Below are positions 1-9,852 of a DNA stretch of 64,000 nucleotides, in pieces. Below the pieces are notes generated by a model. The model was not told the origin of the DNA and did not search any database. It was given only the letters and a program-made list of their open reading frames with translations. Source of the DNA: Fibrobacteria bacterium (lineage in GTDB: Bacteria > Fibrobacterota > Fibrobacteria > UBA11236 > JADFYW01); assembly GCA_015232855.1 (NCBI GenBank), contig JADFYW010000008.1:761-64760 (forward strand), given 5' to 3'. How positions within the stretch are numbered: position 1 is the first letter of the stretch; every line of letters starts with the position of its first letter. The position numbers and the translations under genes are program-made.

Positions 1-2
1 AG

Positions 3-1139
3 AGTAAACTTTATGTTTGGGGAGCTTTGCTCCTTATGTACATCTCAGTGATAGCCGGTGCCTGGCTTCCGTTTAGTATTGAGACCATCTTGCCGTTTAA
101 TCCGGTTGTGAGCTGGACGGTTATTTTACTTATTTACGCATTTATTGCTTCAACACTTCCGGTCTGGCGTTTGCTTCAGCCCCGAGATTATATTAACGGG
201 TATCAACTCCTTGTGGCCATGGGTTTGTTGGCGGCAGGAGTAATCTTTGCTCATCCTGTTATTGTGGCACCGGCGCTTAATTTAAATCCTGAGGGTGCTC
301 CTCCTATTTTTCCTTTTCTCTTTATTACTATTGCGTGCGGCGCCCTTTCGGGTTTCCATTCGCTGGTGGGTTCGGGTACCACGGCCAAACAAATGAGTAA
401 TGAATCCCATGCCAAAGTGATAGGTTATGGCGGTATGCTTATGGAGGGGATGCTCGCTATTTTTGCTTTAATTGCTGTGGGGGCAGGTATCGGTTTAGCC
501 GCCGGTCATGGAGAACTCAGTGGCGTCGAGGCCTGGACGAAACATTATGCAAGCTGGGGCGCGGCCCAGGGGCTTGGCAGTAAAGTATCCGCTTTTGTTA
601 CGGGAAGTGCAAATATGTTAACGTTCCTGGGTATCAGTTTTACGGTGGGCACCGCAATTATGGGAGTGTTTGTCGCAAGTTTTGCCGGAACCACGTTGGA
701 CACCGCCACCCGGCTTCAACGATATGTTATTGCAGAATTGTCTGCCAGCATGAACATCAAATTTTTTACCGGAAAATATGCCGCCACTGGTCTTGCGGTG
801 GTGAGTGCGGGCTTACTTGCCCTCTGGGACGGGGAAGGAAAGGGCGGATTACTGCTCTGGCCTTTGTTTGGAGCTTCAAACCAGCTCCTTGGAACGCTGG
901 CTCTCCTGGTTATTACGGTTTATCTCGCAAAAAATAAAAAGCCGGTATTTATTACCCTGATACCTTTTTTGTTTATGCTGGTGGTTACTGGCTGGGCCAT
1001 GCTTTATCAACTTAAAGGCTTTATAGACAAAGGACAGATTCATCTGCTTACTATTGATTCCCTAATTATTATACTGGAAGTTTGGATGATAGTAGAAGCA
1101 GTGCTTGCCATGCGTAAATATAAAAAAAGTAAATCCTAA
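3..1139 (+). CDS. cstA: Carbon starvation protein A (CstA) peptide/pyruvate transporter, 5' end outside window
   Basis: Motifs LPVWRLLQPRDYIN, FPFLFITIACGALSGFH, GYGGMLMEG, TTLDTATRLQRY and LWPLFGASNQL; frame is open back to the window edge. Confidence 0.93.
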   Translation, partial: SKLYVWGALLLMYISVIAGAWLPFSIETILPFNPVVSWTVILLIYAFIASTLPVWRLLQPRDYINGYQLLVAMGLLAAGVIFAHPVIVAPALNLNPEGAPPIFPFLFITIACGALSGFHSLVGSGTTAKQMSNESHAKVIGYGGMLMEGMLAIFALIAVGAGIGLAAGHGELSGVEAWTKHYASWGAAQGLGSKVSAFVTGSANMLTFLGISFTVGTAIMGVFVASFAGTTLDTATRLQRYVIAELSASMNIKFFTGKYAATGLAVVSAGLLALWDGEGKGGLLLWPLFGASNQLLGTLALLVITVYLAKNKKPVFITLIPFLFMLVVTGWAMLYQLKGFIDKGQIHLLTIDSLIIILEVWMIVEAVLAMRKYKKSKS

Positions 1140-1258
1140 TATCTAATTTCGAAACCCTAAACCAAGTTTGACTCCGTAATGCAAAAACATGAAGAACAAG
1201 TAATTTTTCATACGAAGTCATATGTTATTTAGGATTTAGCATTTAGATATTAGGATTT
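1131..1258. repeat. REP-like palindromic element with 16-bp perfect inverted ends
   Basis: aaatcctaatatctaa (1131-1146) is the reverse complement of ttagatattaggattt (1243-1258); overlaps the cstA stop. Confidence 0.7.
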
Positions 1259-1297
1259 TGCCATAGTAATTTAGACTTCAAAAAAGAAAATATATAC

Positions 1298-3064
1298 ATG
1301 AAACACTTTCATAAAAGCCATGGTCATCATAAACTCAAACTCGCGGGCATCAAACGTTCTTTCAAAACCATTGTATTTCCCAGATGGAGGCTTCTTTTAC
1401 TGGGTCTTTTGCTTATTGTTGTTAATCGTTTTGCCAGTTTAGTACTGCCTGCAAGTACCAAGTATTTTATCGACCGAGTACTGGCTGAGCACAACATGGA
1501 GCTTTTAAAACAGCTCATGATTGGTGTTGGGGCCGCAGTTTGTATACAAGCGGTAAGTTCCTTTTTTCTTACCCGTCTCTTGAGCGTTGAAGCCTATCAT
1601 CTTATCTACCAGCTCAGACTTAAAGTACAAAAACATGTTATACGTCAACCCATAGCCTATTTTGACAATAACCGCTCCGGGGCCCTGGTTTCCCGTATTA
1701 TGAACGATGTGGAGGGAATAAGAAACCTGGTTGGCAGAGGATTGGTACAACTGGTAGGCGGATTTTTAACAGCGGGTGTGGCTCTGGTTTTACTCTTAAA
1801 AATTAACATTTTTTTGACGGCTATTTCTTTTTTGCCCGTTCTTTTATTCAGTGTGATATCTTTATTTGCCTTTTCCTACTTACGTCCTATCTTCCGGAAA
1901 CGCAGTGAAATATTAGCCGAAGTTACTGCCCGTCTTACCGAGTCATTAAATGGGATACGCATAGTCCGGGGGTTTAATGCAGAACGTCGTGAAGAAAAAA
2001 CCTTTAAAGAAGGGGCAAACAGGCTTTTTACCACCATTCGTAAAACCCTCACCGCCACCAGTTTTATCGTGAGTGCGGGAATTTTTGTGATTGGTGCCAC
2101 TTCTTTAACCATTATGGGCCTTGGAGGTATGTTAATCCTCAAGGGAGAAATGACGGTAGGTGACTTTGTTTCGTTTATTTTTTTGCTGGGGTTTTTAGTG
2201 GCCCCTATTTTACAGATAACCAATGTGGGTACCCAGCTGACTGAGGCTTTTGCCGGCCTGGACAGAATGGAAGAAGTGTTGACTTTGCCCCTGGAAGGGC
2301 AGGAACCTGAACGCATACATAGTCCGCATGCTATTAAAGGCGCCATTCGTTTTGATCAGGTCTCGTTTTCTTATGAAAAAGGCGAAGAGATTATTCATAA
2401 CCTGAGTCTTGAAATACTCTCTGGCAGTGTTACCGCTTTGGTAGGCTCTTCGGGCTCAGGGAAAACAACGATAGCGGGGCTTGCCGCTTCTTTTCTAAAA
2501 CCCACCAAAGGGATAATTTCCATTGATAATATGGATATATCTACCATAAAGCTAGAGTCCTACCGGAGCCGCCTGGGAGTGGTACTCCAGGATGACTTCC
2601 TTTTTGAGGGAACCATACGGGAGAACCTTCTGTTTACCCGGCCAAAGGTAAATGAAGAAACTTTGCTGGCAGCAGTAAAAGCGGCCCATATTGATGAATT
2701 TTCTGATGGGTTTGAAAAAGGCCTTGATACCATAATCGGCGAGCGGGGTGTAAAACTCTCGGGGGGGCAGCGCCAGCGAGTAGCTATTGGCAGGGCTCTA
2801 ATTGCAGACCCTTCGGTACTGATTTTAGATGAAGCCACCTCAAGTCTGGACTCAGAAAACGAAATGCTTATTCAGAAAAGTCTCGACTTTTTACTCAAAG
2901 GCAGGACCACCATTGTTATTGCTCACCGGTTAAGTACTATTAAACGAGCTGACCAGATACTTGTGGTTGAGGGCGGACGCGTTGTTGAAAAGGGGCGACA
3001 TGAGTTCCTTTTGCAAACAGGCGGCAGGTATCACGAATTGTATACGTTACAGGCTCGGATTTAG
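1298..3064 (+). CDS. ABC exporter, fused permease/ATP-binding (MsbA/MdlB-like)
   Basis: N-terminal TM domain; Walker A GSSGSGKT, signature LSGGQRQR, Walker B LILDEATSSLD, IAHRLST. Confidence 0.93.
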   Translation: MKHFHKSHGHHKLKLAGIKRSFKTIVFPRWRLLLLGLLLIVVNRFASLVLPASTKYFIDRVLAEHNMELLKQLMIGVGAAVCIQAVSSFFLTRLLSVEAYHLIYQLRLKVQKHVIRQPIAYFDNNRSGALVSRIMNDVEGIRNLVGRGLVQLVGGFLTAGVALVLLLKINIFLTAISFLPVLLFSVISLFAFSYLRPIFRKRSEILAEVTARLTESLNGIRIVRGFNAERREEKTFKEGANRLFTTIRKTLTATSFIVSAGIFVIGATSLTIMGLGGMLILKGEMTVGDFVSFIFLLGFLVAPILQITNVGTQLTEAFAGLDRMEEVLTLPLEGQEPERIHSPHAIKGAIRFDQVSFSYEKGEEIIHNLSLEILSGSVTALVGSSGSGKTTIAGLAASFLKPTKGIISIDNMDISTIKLESYRSRLGVVLQDDFLFEGTIRENLLFTRPKVNEETLLAAVKAAHIDEFSDGFEKGLDTIIGERGVKLSGGQRQRVAIGRALIADPSVLILDEATSSLDSENEMLIQKSLDFLLKGRTTIVIAHRLSTIKRADQILVVEGGRVVEKGRHEFLLQTGGRYHELYTLQARI

Positions 3065-4455
3065 CAGACACCTTGTTCCTTAAGGAACTCCGCAAATTCC
3101 ATATCGGTACCCAGGATATGGTCGGTGAGCCAGGAAACCAGAAAGCCGGAAACGCTGCCTGGAAATATATACTTTTTATCTTTATTTATATCCATTACCT
3201 GAGTGGTAAGGTCGTGATGTTTCGCCTTGTGTTCATTTTTTTTAGGATAAGCATATTTATCCATCAGTGCTTCTTCGTTATTAAAATGGATTACGGTGTA
3301 AGCCAAAAGCTTGTCAAAAAGGGGAGCTATCTGTTCTGCTCCCGTTCCAATTGCAAGGCCAGATTGAAAATCATTGATGATTTGAACAAGGGTCATATGT
3401 TCTTCATCAATACTCCCAATTCCTATACTCAATTTATCCGACCAGACGAGTAGTTCGGGACTAGTGTCGTCAGATTGTCCTGTGGAACCTTTTGCTTTAT
3501 CCATTACCAGAATCAACGACTCCCCTTTATTAAGGATAAGTTCCGGTGCAGGATTGGTGGTGGTTATACTATCACTGTTAAAATAACTTACAGCTGAAAC
3601 AGCACGGGTTTTTTCCAGTATCTCCTTAACAGAAGCGGAAGAAGAATTGTAATGTTTGTATACCTTAAAAAAGAAACCATGCACATCCCACTCTGAACTT
3701 TCTTCCGTTTCTTCAATAAATTTCTCATGTTTTTGTGCAATGAGACGTGCAATTTGTTCTCCTCCCAGGCGAAGGGGATAGACAATGGTATTTGCCCCGG
3801 CACGAAGCAGACGTTTTTCAATTTCAGGTCCGCTCCCCTGGGCAATGATGTTTATAGAAGCGTTAAGCTCCCGGGCAGCCATGGAGATAAAGAGTGATGT
3901 AGAATCATCGGGTATACTGACCACCACGCCCAGAGCATTTTCGATGCCTGCATCAATAAGGACCGCGTCCCGGGTGGCGTCTCCTTCAACCGTTGGAAAT
4001 CCTCGCTCTTCGGCTAAAGCCACATTAACTTTGTCTGATTCTATAACCACAAACGGAATATCTCTTTCATGGAGTTTTAAGCAGATGGTTCCACCTGTCC
4101 TCCCATGGCCACAGACAATATAGTGTTCTTTCATATGTTTTATTCGGCGTCCCATCTTACGTCTCCCATATATACCTGTTAATTCACCTTCAATAATAAT
4201 ACGGACCAGTTGGGTTGCAAAAGAAGCTGCTACACCTAATCCAAGAAAAATAATGACGATACTTAAAATGCGCCCGGCAGTGGACATTTCCCGAATTTCG
4301 CCATAACCCACAGTGGTGATACTAATTGCTACCATGTAGAAGGAATCAAATAGTGTCCAGTTATCTTCTATAAAATAATACCCAAGGGTTCCAAAAACGA
4401 ATATGGCGAGTACCGCAATTGAAATTTGAGCAAGGTTTTTTACGTAATTGTCCAT
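3061..4455 (-). CDS. 2-TM potassium channel with TrkA-N/RCK domain fused to C-terminal bacteriohemerythrin
   Basis: Filter TTVGYG; RCK HYIVCGHGRTG and GDAT; hemerythrin ligands IDEEH, HFNNEE, HKAKH, WLTDHILGTD. Confidence 0.88.
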   Translation of the reverse strand: MDNYVKNLAQISIAVLAIFVFGTLGYYFIEDNWTLFDSFYMVAISITTVGYGEIREMSTAGRILSIVIIFLGLGVAASFATQLVRIIIEGELTGIYGRRKMGRRIKHMKEHYIVCGHGRTGGTICLKLHERDIPFVVIESDKVNVALAEERGFPTVEGDATRDAVLIDAGIENALGVVVSIPDDSTSLFISMAARELNASINIIAQGSGPEIEKRLLRAGANTIVYPLRLGGEQIARLIAQKHEKFIEETEESSEWDVHGFFFKVYKHYNSSSASVKEILEKTRAVSAVSYFNSDSITTTNPAPELILNKGESLILVMDKAKGSTGQSDDTSPELLVWSDKLSIGIGSIDEEHMTLVQIINDFQSGLAIGTGAEQIAPLFDKLLAYTVIHFNNEEALMDKYAYPKKNEHKAKHHDLTTQVMDINKDKKYIFPGSVSGFLVSWLTDHILGTDMEFAEFLKEQGVC

Positions 4456-4648
4456 AATCAGTATTTGGTCCCACAGAAGTCAGGTTTGACTTTTTGTTTT
4501 TTACCAGTCTCTTAAAACCGTATGACTCTCAATTTTACTAATTACACCAGAGGTGTAACAAGCTGTTTTGTAGTGCTCTTTATTTTCATATTACGTATTT
4601 TACCTTAAAAAGTAAACTGGAAAGAGATTCCGGGAAAGTAGAGATGAA

Positions 4649-5311
4649 ATGAGATCGTATATTATGATAGTGAAGTTGGTTTTTATAATGGCCCTACTAT
4701 TTTCAATGAATAGTTGTTTGAAAGACAGCCCGGTAAGTGAAGAAGTGAGTGACGCGCAAAAAGTTACCGCATTAAAAAAGGTCACCCTTAGTTTTGATAG
4801 TCTCGGGTTTGAGATAGGAATGCCGGCAGGGGCCCTTTCCGGAAAATCCTTTTCTGAGTTAAGGACAGCTGACTCGGCGTTGTATAGTGACAAAAGTAAT
4901 TATACCATTACCTTTACCCTGAATATGACGGCTGACAACAGCGACAAAGACGCGCGAGACGCAAAATTTGATGGTATACTCGTAGAAATGGTTTTGGATA
5001 CGATATCATTATCACCTGTTGATATGGAGGCTACTGAGTTTGAGGTGGCCAGGGGGGAATCCCAACCAGTTGCAGTAGTAGGTGATATTAACGGAGAAAC
5101 CCACGGCCCTTCCATGAAGTATATTTTCCGCAGGACCGTTGATGGGAAAGACCTGGCAACAACACTATCCCTTTTTCTTAAGTACCAGGTCGGCGTATTG
5201 GCAGGAGATGTTGCCTTGCCTGACATTAAGAAAGACATTCCCACCAGAGCAACCCCGGAAATGAAGTCCTTCCTTTCCGGGTTACTTGATTCTGGAGTGT
5301 TGGACGGGTAA
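4649..5311 (+). CDS. Hypothetical lipoprotein
   Basis: 220-aa ORF with hydrophobic N-terminus and lipobox-like MNSC. Confidence 0.6.
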   Translation: MRSYIMIVKLVFIMALLFSMNSCLKDSPVSEEVSDAQKVTALKKVTLSFDSLGFEIGMPAGALSGKSFSELRTADSALYSDKSNYTITFTLNMTADNSDKDARDAKFDGILVEMVLDTISLSPVDMEATEFEVARGESQPVAVVGDINGETHGPSMKYIFRRTVDGKDLATTLSLFLKYQVGVLAGDVALPDIKKDIPTRATPEMKSFLSGLLDSGVLDG

Positions 5312-5469
5312 CAATATTTTATCAATGAAACGCCGCCAGTAAACTGGATACCTCTAGAAAAATACACTAATCAAAAAGGAGTTAATTCAACCCTAGAATT
5401 TTTGCCTTCTAAAGGTTCATTTTTTTGTTCATTATATTAATAAGCAAATAATTTCCCGTGACTTTGCAC

Positions 5470-6168
5470 TTATTTTTCGATTTCAATCTTATCAGAATAA
5501 TACCATTCGAACATGTCCCGGCGAAGTTTGGCCATATAGGTTTTCTTTTCCATTTTACGTTTCAGGTTATAAAAAACAACTCCTTCCGCCATTTTATTTT
5601 CACCTTTATGGATCTTAAGGTAGAACAGAGAAAAAAGATAATCTTTAAACCATGCACTCCAGTTCTCAAAATTGCGTTCATGTTCATGAAAAGATTTGTA
5701 CCGGAGATGCTTAATGGCTTTGCTGAACGGATACCAGAGATGATAGTCGAGTTTATAGGGGTTTCCTTGCAGTTTTGGGCCTATTACTTCTCCGGCCTGT
5801 TCACCATTGGCTTCCACATACCCCTTATCAATTGCCCGGAACACCCCCTCTATTAAAAAGACCTTTCCTTTTAAAACTTGAAGTGGATCAATTACGTTTT
5901 TGCGGTTCTGAAAGGCCACCAGACGGCCATTTTCTGTTTTTAGTTTACAATTGCTTCCGTCAAGTTTTTCAGTACAGATAGTGTCCTCATCTTCAAAAAC
6001 CCATTCATATCCCGGGTTTATTTCATCGGTTACCAGGTAGACCTTCGGCTCCCTTAATTGCAGGCTACGCCCGTATTTCCGCCATTGATCCTTGTTAACT
6101 TTGTAGGTCTTACGGATATACGGACATTCTATTTTAGGAAAATCGCTAAGTATAGGTTGTTCAGACAT
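5470..6168 (-). CDS. ATP-dependent RNA ligase, RLIG1/C12orf29 (DUF5565)-like
   Basis: Nucleotidyltransferase motif I TEKLDGSN, GEVIGPKLQGNPY, EGVVF, MAKLR; AGGAGG RBS before the MSEQ start at 6168. Confidence 0.75.
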   Translation of the reverse strand: MSEQPILSDFPKIECPYIRKTYKVNKDQWRKYGRSLQLREPKVYLVTDEINPGYEWVFEDEDTICTEKLDGSNCKLKTENGRLVAFQNRKNVIDPLQVLKGKVFLIEGVFRAIDKGYVEANGEQAGEVIGPKLQGNPYKLDYHLWYPFSKAIKHLRYKSFHEHERNFENWSAWFKDYLFSLFYLKIHKGENKMAEGVVFYNLKRKMEKKTYMAKLRRDMFEWYYSDKIEIEK

Positions 6169-6288
6169 AAGAAACCTCCTCATTTCTAATATATATTTTT
6201 ACACATTAGAAAAATCACTCATATTATTCTGGATATCAGTCCTTAAAAATTATTTGGGGGCGACTCTGTGCGATATTTTTTTAACAAC

Positions 6289-7068
6289 TCAACAGCTGGC
6301 CGCCAAAAGCATTTTATGGACCATCGGTTCTATTACCGCGGTGTATGGTTCCGGGTTCTTGGCCCATATACCTCGCATGATGTTTACCGAATGCTCAGGC
6401 AGGGGATAAAGATTTTCGGAGCTTTTATGAGTATAGGGCAACTCCAGGGTGACCATGCTAGGTCGGTTCGTTTTGTTATATTTTAAATCATAGCCGCACC
6501 AACTGCCAAGAGAGCCCGGAGGATTGTCGGAGGTTCCTGTGTGGGGGTCACGTTGTTTATAACGAAAAAAAGCCCGTTCAGATGGTGAAAGGCTCGAAAA
6601 CATCTTTTGAGCCAGAGGAAAACTCTGTTTTCCGTCGGCGTCAATTTCAGATAAGGCCCAGTGCAGACTGATTATCCGGGACGGTTCATTGTTCCTGATA
6701 AAATCGTAAATGGATTTTGATTCAGGTTCAGACAGCGGGGCAGTTCCCGGGTTCTCTTCACTATGGGACGTCCATTTAAAAGGAAAGTTCCTGTTTATAT
6801 CCACCCCTCGCGCATTATACCGGGAGTTTTTTTCATAGGCATCTGGACTTAACAAAGGAATAATGCATACCGGGTTTGTGAGCTGGCCAGATTCCAAAAA
6901 CCGTTTATGAAAGTTCTGAAGGAATTTTACACTTGCCCGTTCATCCCCGTGAGTACCACCAATAAGTAAAGTGTGGCCGGTTGGGGCCTTATGAATGAAA
7001 TCAAAATTTGCATAGGCAGTTATTTCACGGTGCTGTAAAGATTGGCCGATAACTTGGGAGTATACCAT
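6289..7068 (-). CDS. mpaA: Murein tripeptide amidase MpaA (M14 zinc carboxypeptidase)
   Basis: GGTHGDE, RYNARGVDINRNFP, SEPE, ISLH, PPGSLGSW, TLELP; adjacent to a dipeptide epimerase. Confidence 0.8.
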   Translation of the reverse strand: MVYSQVIGQSLQHREITAYANFDFIHKAPTGHTLLIGGTHGDERASVKFLQNFHKRFLESGQLTNPVCIIPLLSPDAYEKNSRYNARGVDINRNFPFKWTSHSEENPGTAPLSEPESKSIYDFIRNNEPSRIISLHWALSEIDADGKQSFPLAQKMFSSLSPSERAFFRYKQRDPHTGTSDNPPGSLGSWCGYDLKYNKTNRPSMVTLELPYTHKSSENLYPLPEHSVNIMRGIWAKNPEPYTAVIEPMVHKMLLAASC

Positions 7069-7137
7069 AAGACAAAAACAAAGATATGTTTCTCAGCCGA
7101 TTGAATCCACATTTTTGATATCAAGACTCCCAACTAA

Positions 7138-8190
7138 ATGTATTTTTTGGATATGGATATGCGTGTTTTCACCCAGGAACTTGAGCCCAAAGTACCCTTC
7201 CGGATAGCACGGGGAACAAAGCATTATGTAGAGAATGTTTTTGTTGAATTACGGCATGCAGGTATCACCGCCTACGGCGAGGCATCTCCCAACCGGTTTT
7301 ACGGAGAAACGGCAAAGCAAGTCAAAGAAAAACTTGGGTCTGTTAAATCTGCTCTCTCTAATCTTTCCATCAATTCCCCGACTGATATAAAAGACCACTG
7401 GAAGGCATCCTGGGAATACCTGGCTCCTTCCCGGGCAGCTCAATGTGCACTTGACCTTGCTCTTTGGGACTTGCTGGGAAAAAAAAAGGATGAAAGTGTT
7501 TCCCGGTTACTCTGGAACGAGCCGGCACATGCTCTTACCACATCGTGCACTTTGGGTATCTGTGAAGAAAATGAATGGCCCGCACGAATTGCTGAGATAA
7601 AAGACTTTCCTATTATAAAAATTAAAATGGGGAGTCCGTCAGACTTCCCGTTCCTGGAATATATCCGTTCACAAACAAACGCAAGACTCTGGGTGGATGC
7701 AAACTGTGCCTGGCAAGCAGAGGAAATATCAGAGGTTCTCAGACAACTTCACGCCCAAAATGTGGAGATGGTAGAACAACCACTGCCACCGGCGGAAGAT
7801 AATGCAATGTCGGCAATTTTACAACTCTCACCTCTACCCGTGATTGCAGATGAGAGCTGTAAAATTATTTCAGATGTGGAAGGGCTTCATGGCCGGTTTT
7901 CAGGCATAAACATAAAACTGGTAAAATGCGGGGGAATCACTCCAGCTCTTGAAATGATTAAACTGGCCCGTAGGGCGGGTCTTCAGGTCATGACGGGTTG
8001 CATGTTAGAAACAAATTTGCTGATAGCTGCCGGGCTGGCGATAGCTCAAAAAGCAGATTATGTTGACCTTGATGGAAGTTGGCTTTTAAAAGAAAGTTTG
8101 TTTGAGGGTGTTGTATTTAATAAAGGGGAGTTATCCCTATGTAACCGTAGTGGCCTGGGAGTGAGTACAACGGGGATGTATGATAACTAG
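7138..8190 (+). CDS. L-Ala-D/L-Glu dipeptide epimerase (enolase superfamily, YcjG/YkfB-like)
   Basis: PFRIARG, KIK, VDAN, EQP, ADES, NIKLVKCGG, GCMLE, VDLDG. Confidence 0.88.
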   Translation: MYFLDMDMRVFTQELEPKVPFRIARGTKHYVENVFVELRHAGITAYGEASPNRFYGETAKQVKEKLGSVKSALSNLSINSPTDIKDHWKASWEYLAPSRAAQCALDLALWDLLGKKKDESVSRLLWNEPAHALTTSCTLGICEENEWPARIAEIKDFPIIKIKMGSPSDFPFLEYIRSQTNARLWVDANCAWQAEEISEVLRQLHAQNVEMVEQPLPPAEDNAMSAILQLSPLPVIADESCKIISDVEGLHGRFSGINIKLVKCGGITPALEMIKLARRAGLQVMTGCMLETNLLIAAGLAIAQKADYVDLDGSWLLKESLFEGVVFNKGELSLCNRSGLGVSTTGMYDN

Positions 8191-8439
8191 ATTCTGTTCA
8201 AAACCAACCCCTTTCACCGCAAAGTCGCAAAGGACGCAAAGTTTACGCAAAGAAGAAAGGGAAGTTATTTTTTTAATCACATACATATCAATAGGTTACA
8301 TTACAATTTATTTTTAATACCCTTTGCGAAACCTCTGCGGTCACCTTTCCAGCAGTCCTGCTTTCGGTGACACTCTCCGCATCGTGCGGATCGTTCTTTG
8401 CGCCTTTGCGGTGAGTTTTTTACTTTTGAACAGAATCTA
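8188..8439. mobile_element. MITE/REP-like element with 16-bp terminal inverted repeats and internal CGCAAAG repeats
   Basis: tagattctgttcaaaa (8188-8203) / ttttgaacagaatcta (8424-8439); internal tcaccgcaaag...ctttgcggtga; taactaga occurs at both ends. Confidence 0.7.
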
Positions 8440-8462
8440 ACTAGAGAATTACGCTAGGTTTA

Positions 8463-9074
8463 TTATTTTTTCCCAAATTTAATAATAAGGTTTATGGATG
8501 TGGTTGAAAACCCATTCCCAAAAAAAGTAAATTCCCAATCCGCTGATTTTTTGTTCCACTCTTTGCTCAGAGTTCGTAAATGATAGTTTCCCTCAAACCC
8601 AAAAAAGCCCAGGATGCTGATTCTTTTAAATAATTCCAGTTCGGGTCTTAATCCAATTTTCCAGCCAATAGCAGATTCATTGGTATTCTTCACATAACTG
8701 TTAAGGGTGTCTATGTGACCATTCTCAATCTCTACTTCGAGATTCTTCGTTTTAATGAATTGATAATTCATGGCAATGAACGGATTAATATAAAAGGCCG
8801 TCTTTTCCCCAGTGTAAACCATTTTTTCAAATAATAAGTTGGCCTGGCAATAATAACTTGCACTTTCAGAATTACGTTCTGAATAATCAAGCAATTGATA
8901 TTGATAAAGAGAAGGGCGTTCAGAAAGAGATACCATACAATTCAAACCAAGAATAACTTTTTGAGATGGCTGAAACTCAACAAGTATTCCTTCACTTGTT
9001 CCCAACCATCCAATCCCAACATAACTGAAAGATAAAGAACACATCATAGTTATGAGTATAAAATATTTGTACAT
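8463..9074 (-). CDS. Hypothetical exported protein, probable small outer-membrane beta-barrel
   Basis: Signal peptide; alternating aromatic/Gly strands; near-terminal Phe. Confidence 0.5.
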   Translation of the reverse strand: MYKYFILITMMCSLSFSYVGIGWLGTSEGILVEFQPSQKVILGLNCMVSLSERPSLYQYQLLDYSERNSESASYYCQANLLFEKMVYTGEKTAFYINPFIAMNYQFIKTKNLEVEIENGHIDTLNSYVKNTNESAIGWKIGLRPELELFKRISILGFFGFEGNYHLRTLSKEWNKKSADWEFTFFGNGFSTTSINLIIKFGKK

Positions 9075-9082
9075 AGCTAACC

Positions 9083-9535
9083 TTATTTTAGAGTTTTCCT
9101 GGGACCGTCTATAACATAATTCGGATAATTATGGATTTCAGAAACAGACCATGAATCGGAAATAAGAATATTGATGTTTGGCTTAAAGTCAATTAATCTT
9201 GTATAAAAATTATTGGAATATATTTGAAGTGTTTTACTGGTGTCAGAATATACCACAATGTTTATGTATACATAAGAGTCCATTATTGTAGTTTTACTCG
9301 TATTAGTCAGCTTACCCGTAAAGTAAATCCTGGGCGTTGAATTTGTATCAACATAGAGCGTATCAAAGGTGAGCACTACCGAGTCATTAATAAGAGTATT
9401 AACTGATTGAGACGACATATTTGGACTTATTATTGCGTCCAATTCATCATCTGATGGATTAGTGAAATCAGTTGGAAAATTATCGGTTCCACATCCGATT
9501 AATAATAAGATAAACAGGCAAATTAATTTCTTCAT
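9083..9535 (-). CDS. Hypothetical lipoprotein
   Basis: MKKLICLFILLLIGC lipobox. Confidence 0.65.
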   Translation of the reverse strand: MKKLICLFILLLIGCGTDNFPTDFTNPSDDELDAIISPNMSSQSVNTLINDSVVLTFDTLYVDTNSTPRIYFTGKLTNTSKTTIMDSYVYINIVVYSDTSKTLQIYSNNFYTRLIDFKPNINILISDSWSVSEIHNYPNYVIDGPRKTLK

Positions 9536-9852
9536 AGTAAGTTCCTAAATCGCTGGTCAATAGTTGGGGATTTCATTTTAAGAAACCTCCATTTTTAAAA
9601 TTAATTAAATATTTTCAGAAAAATATATTTTTCGTTTTTAACTGATTTCTATGGTTTTTTCTTGCTTGTAAAGAGCCGAAGAAATTTTAAAGTTCATCAA
9701 TTCTTTTAAGAAAAAAAGTGGTGAAGATGAGGGAAATTCACCAGTACTATTTTCCTTTTTCAACACGAATTTCCACAATTTTTTCTTAAAATGAAAAAAT
9801 CTGGGACGTTTGGAGAAAGTGGCAAAATTTCAGCTAAATTTGATAAAACGAG

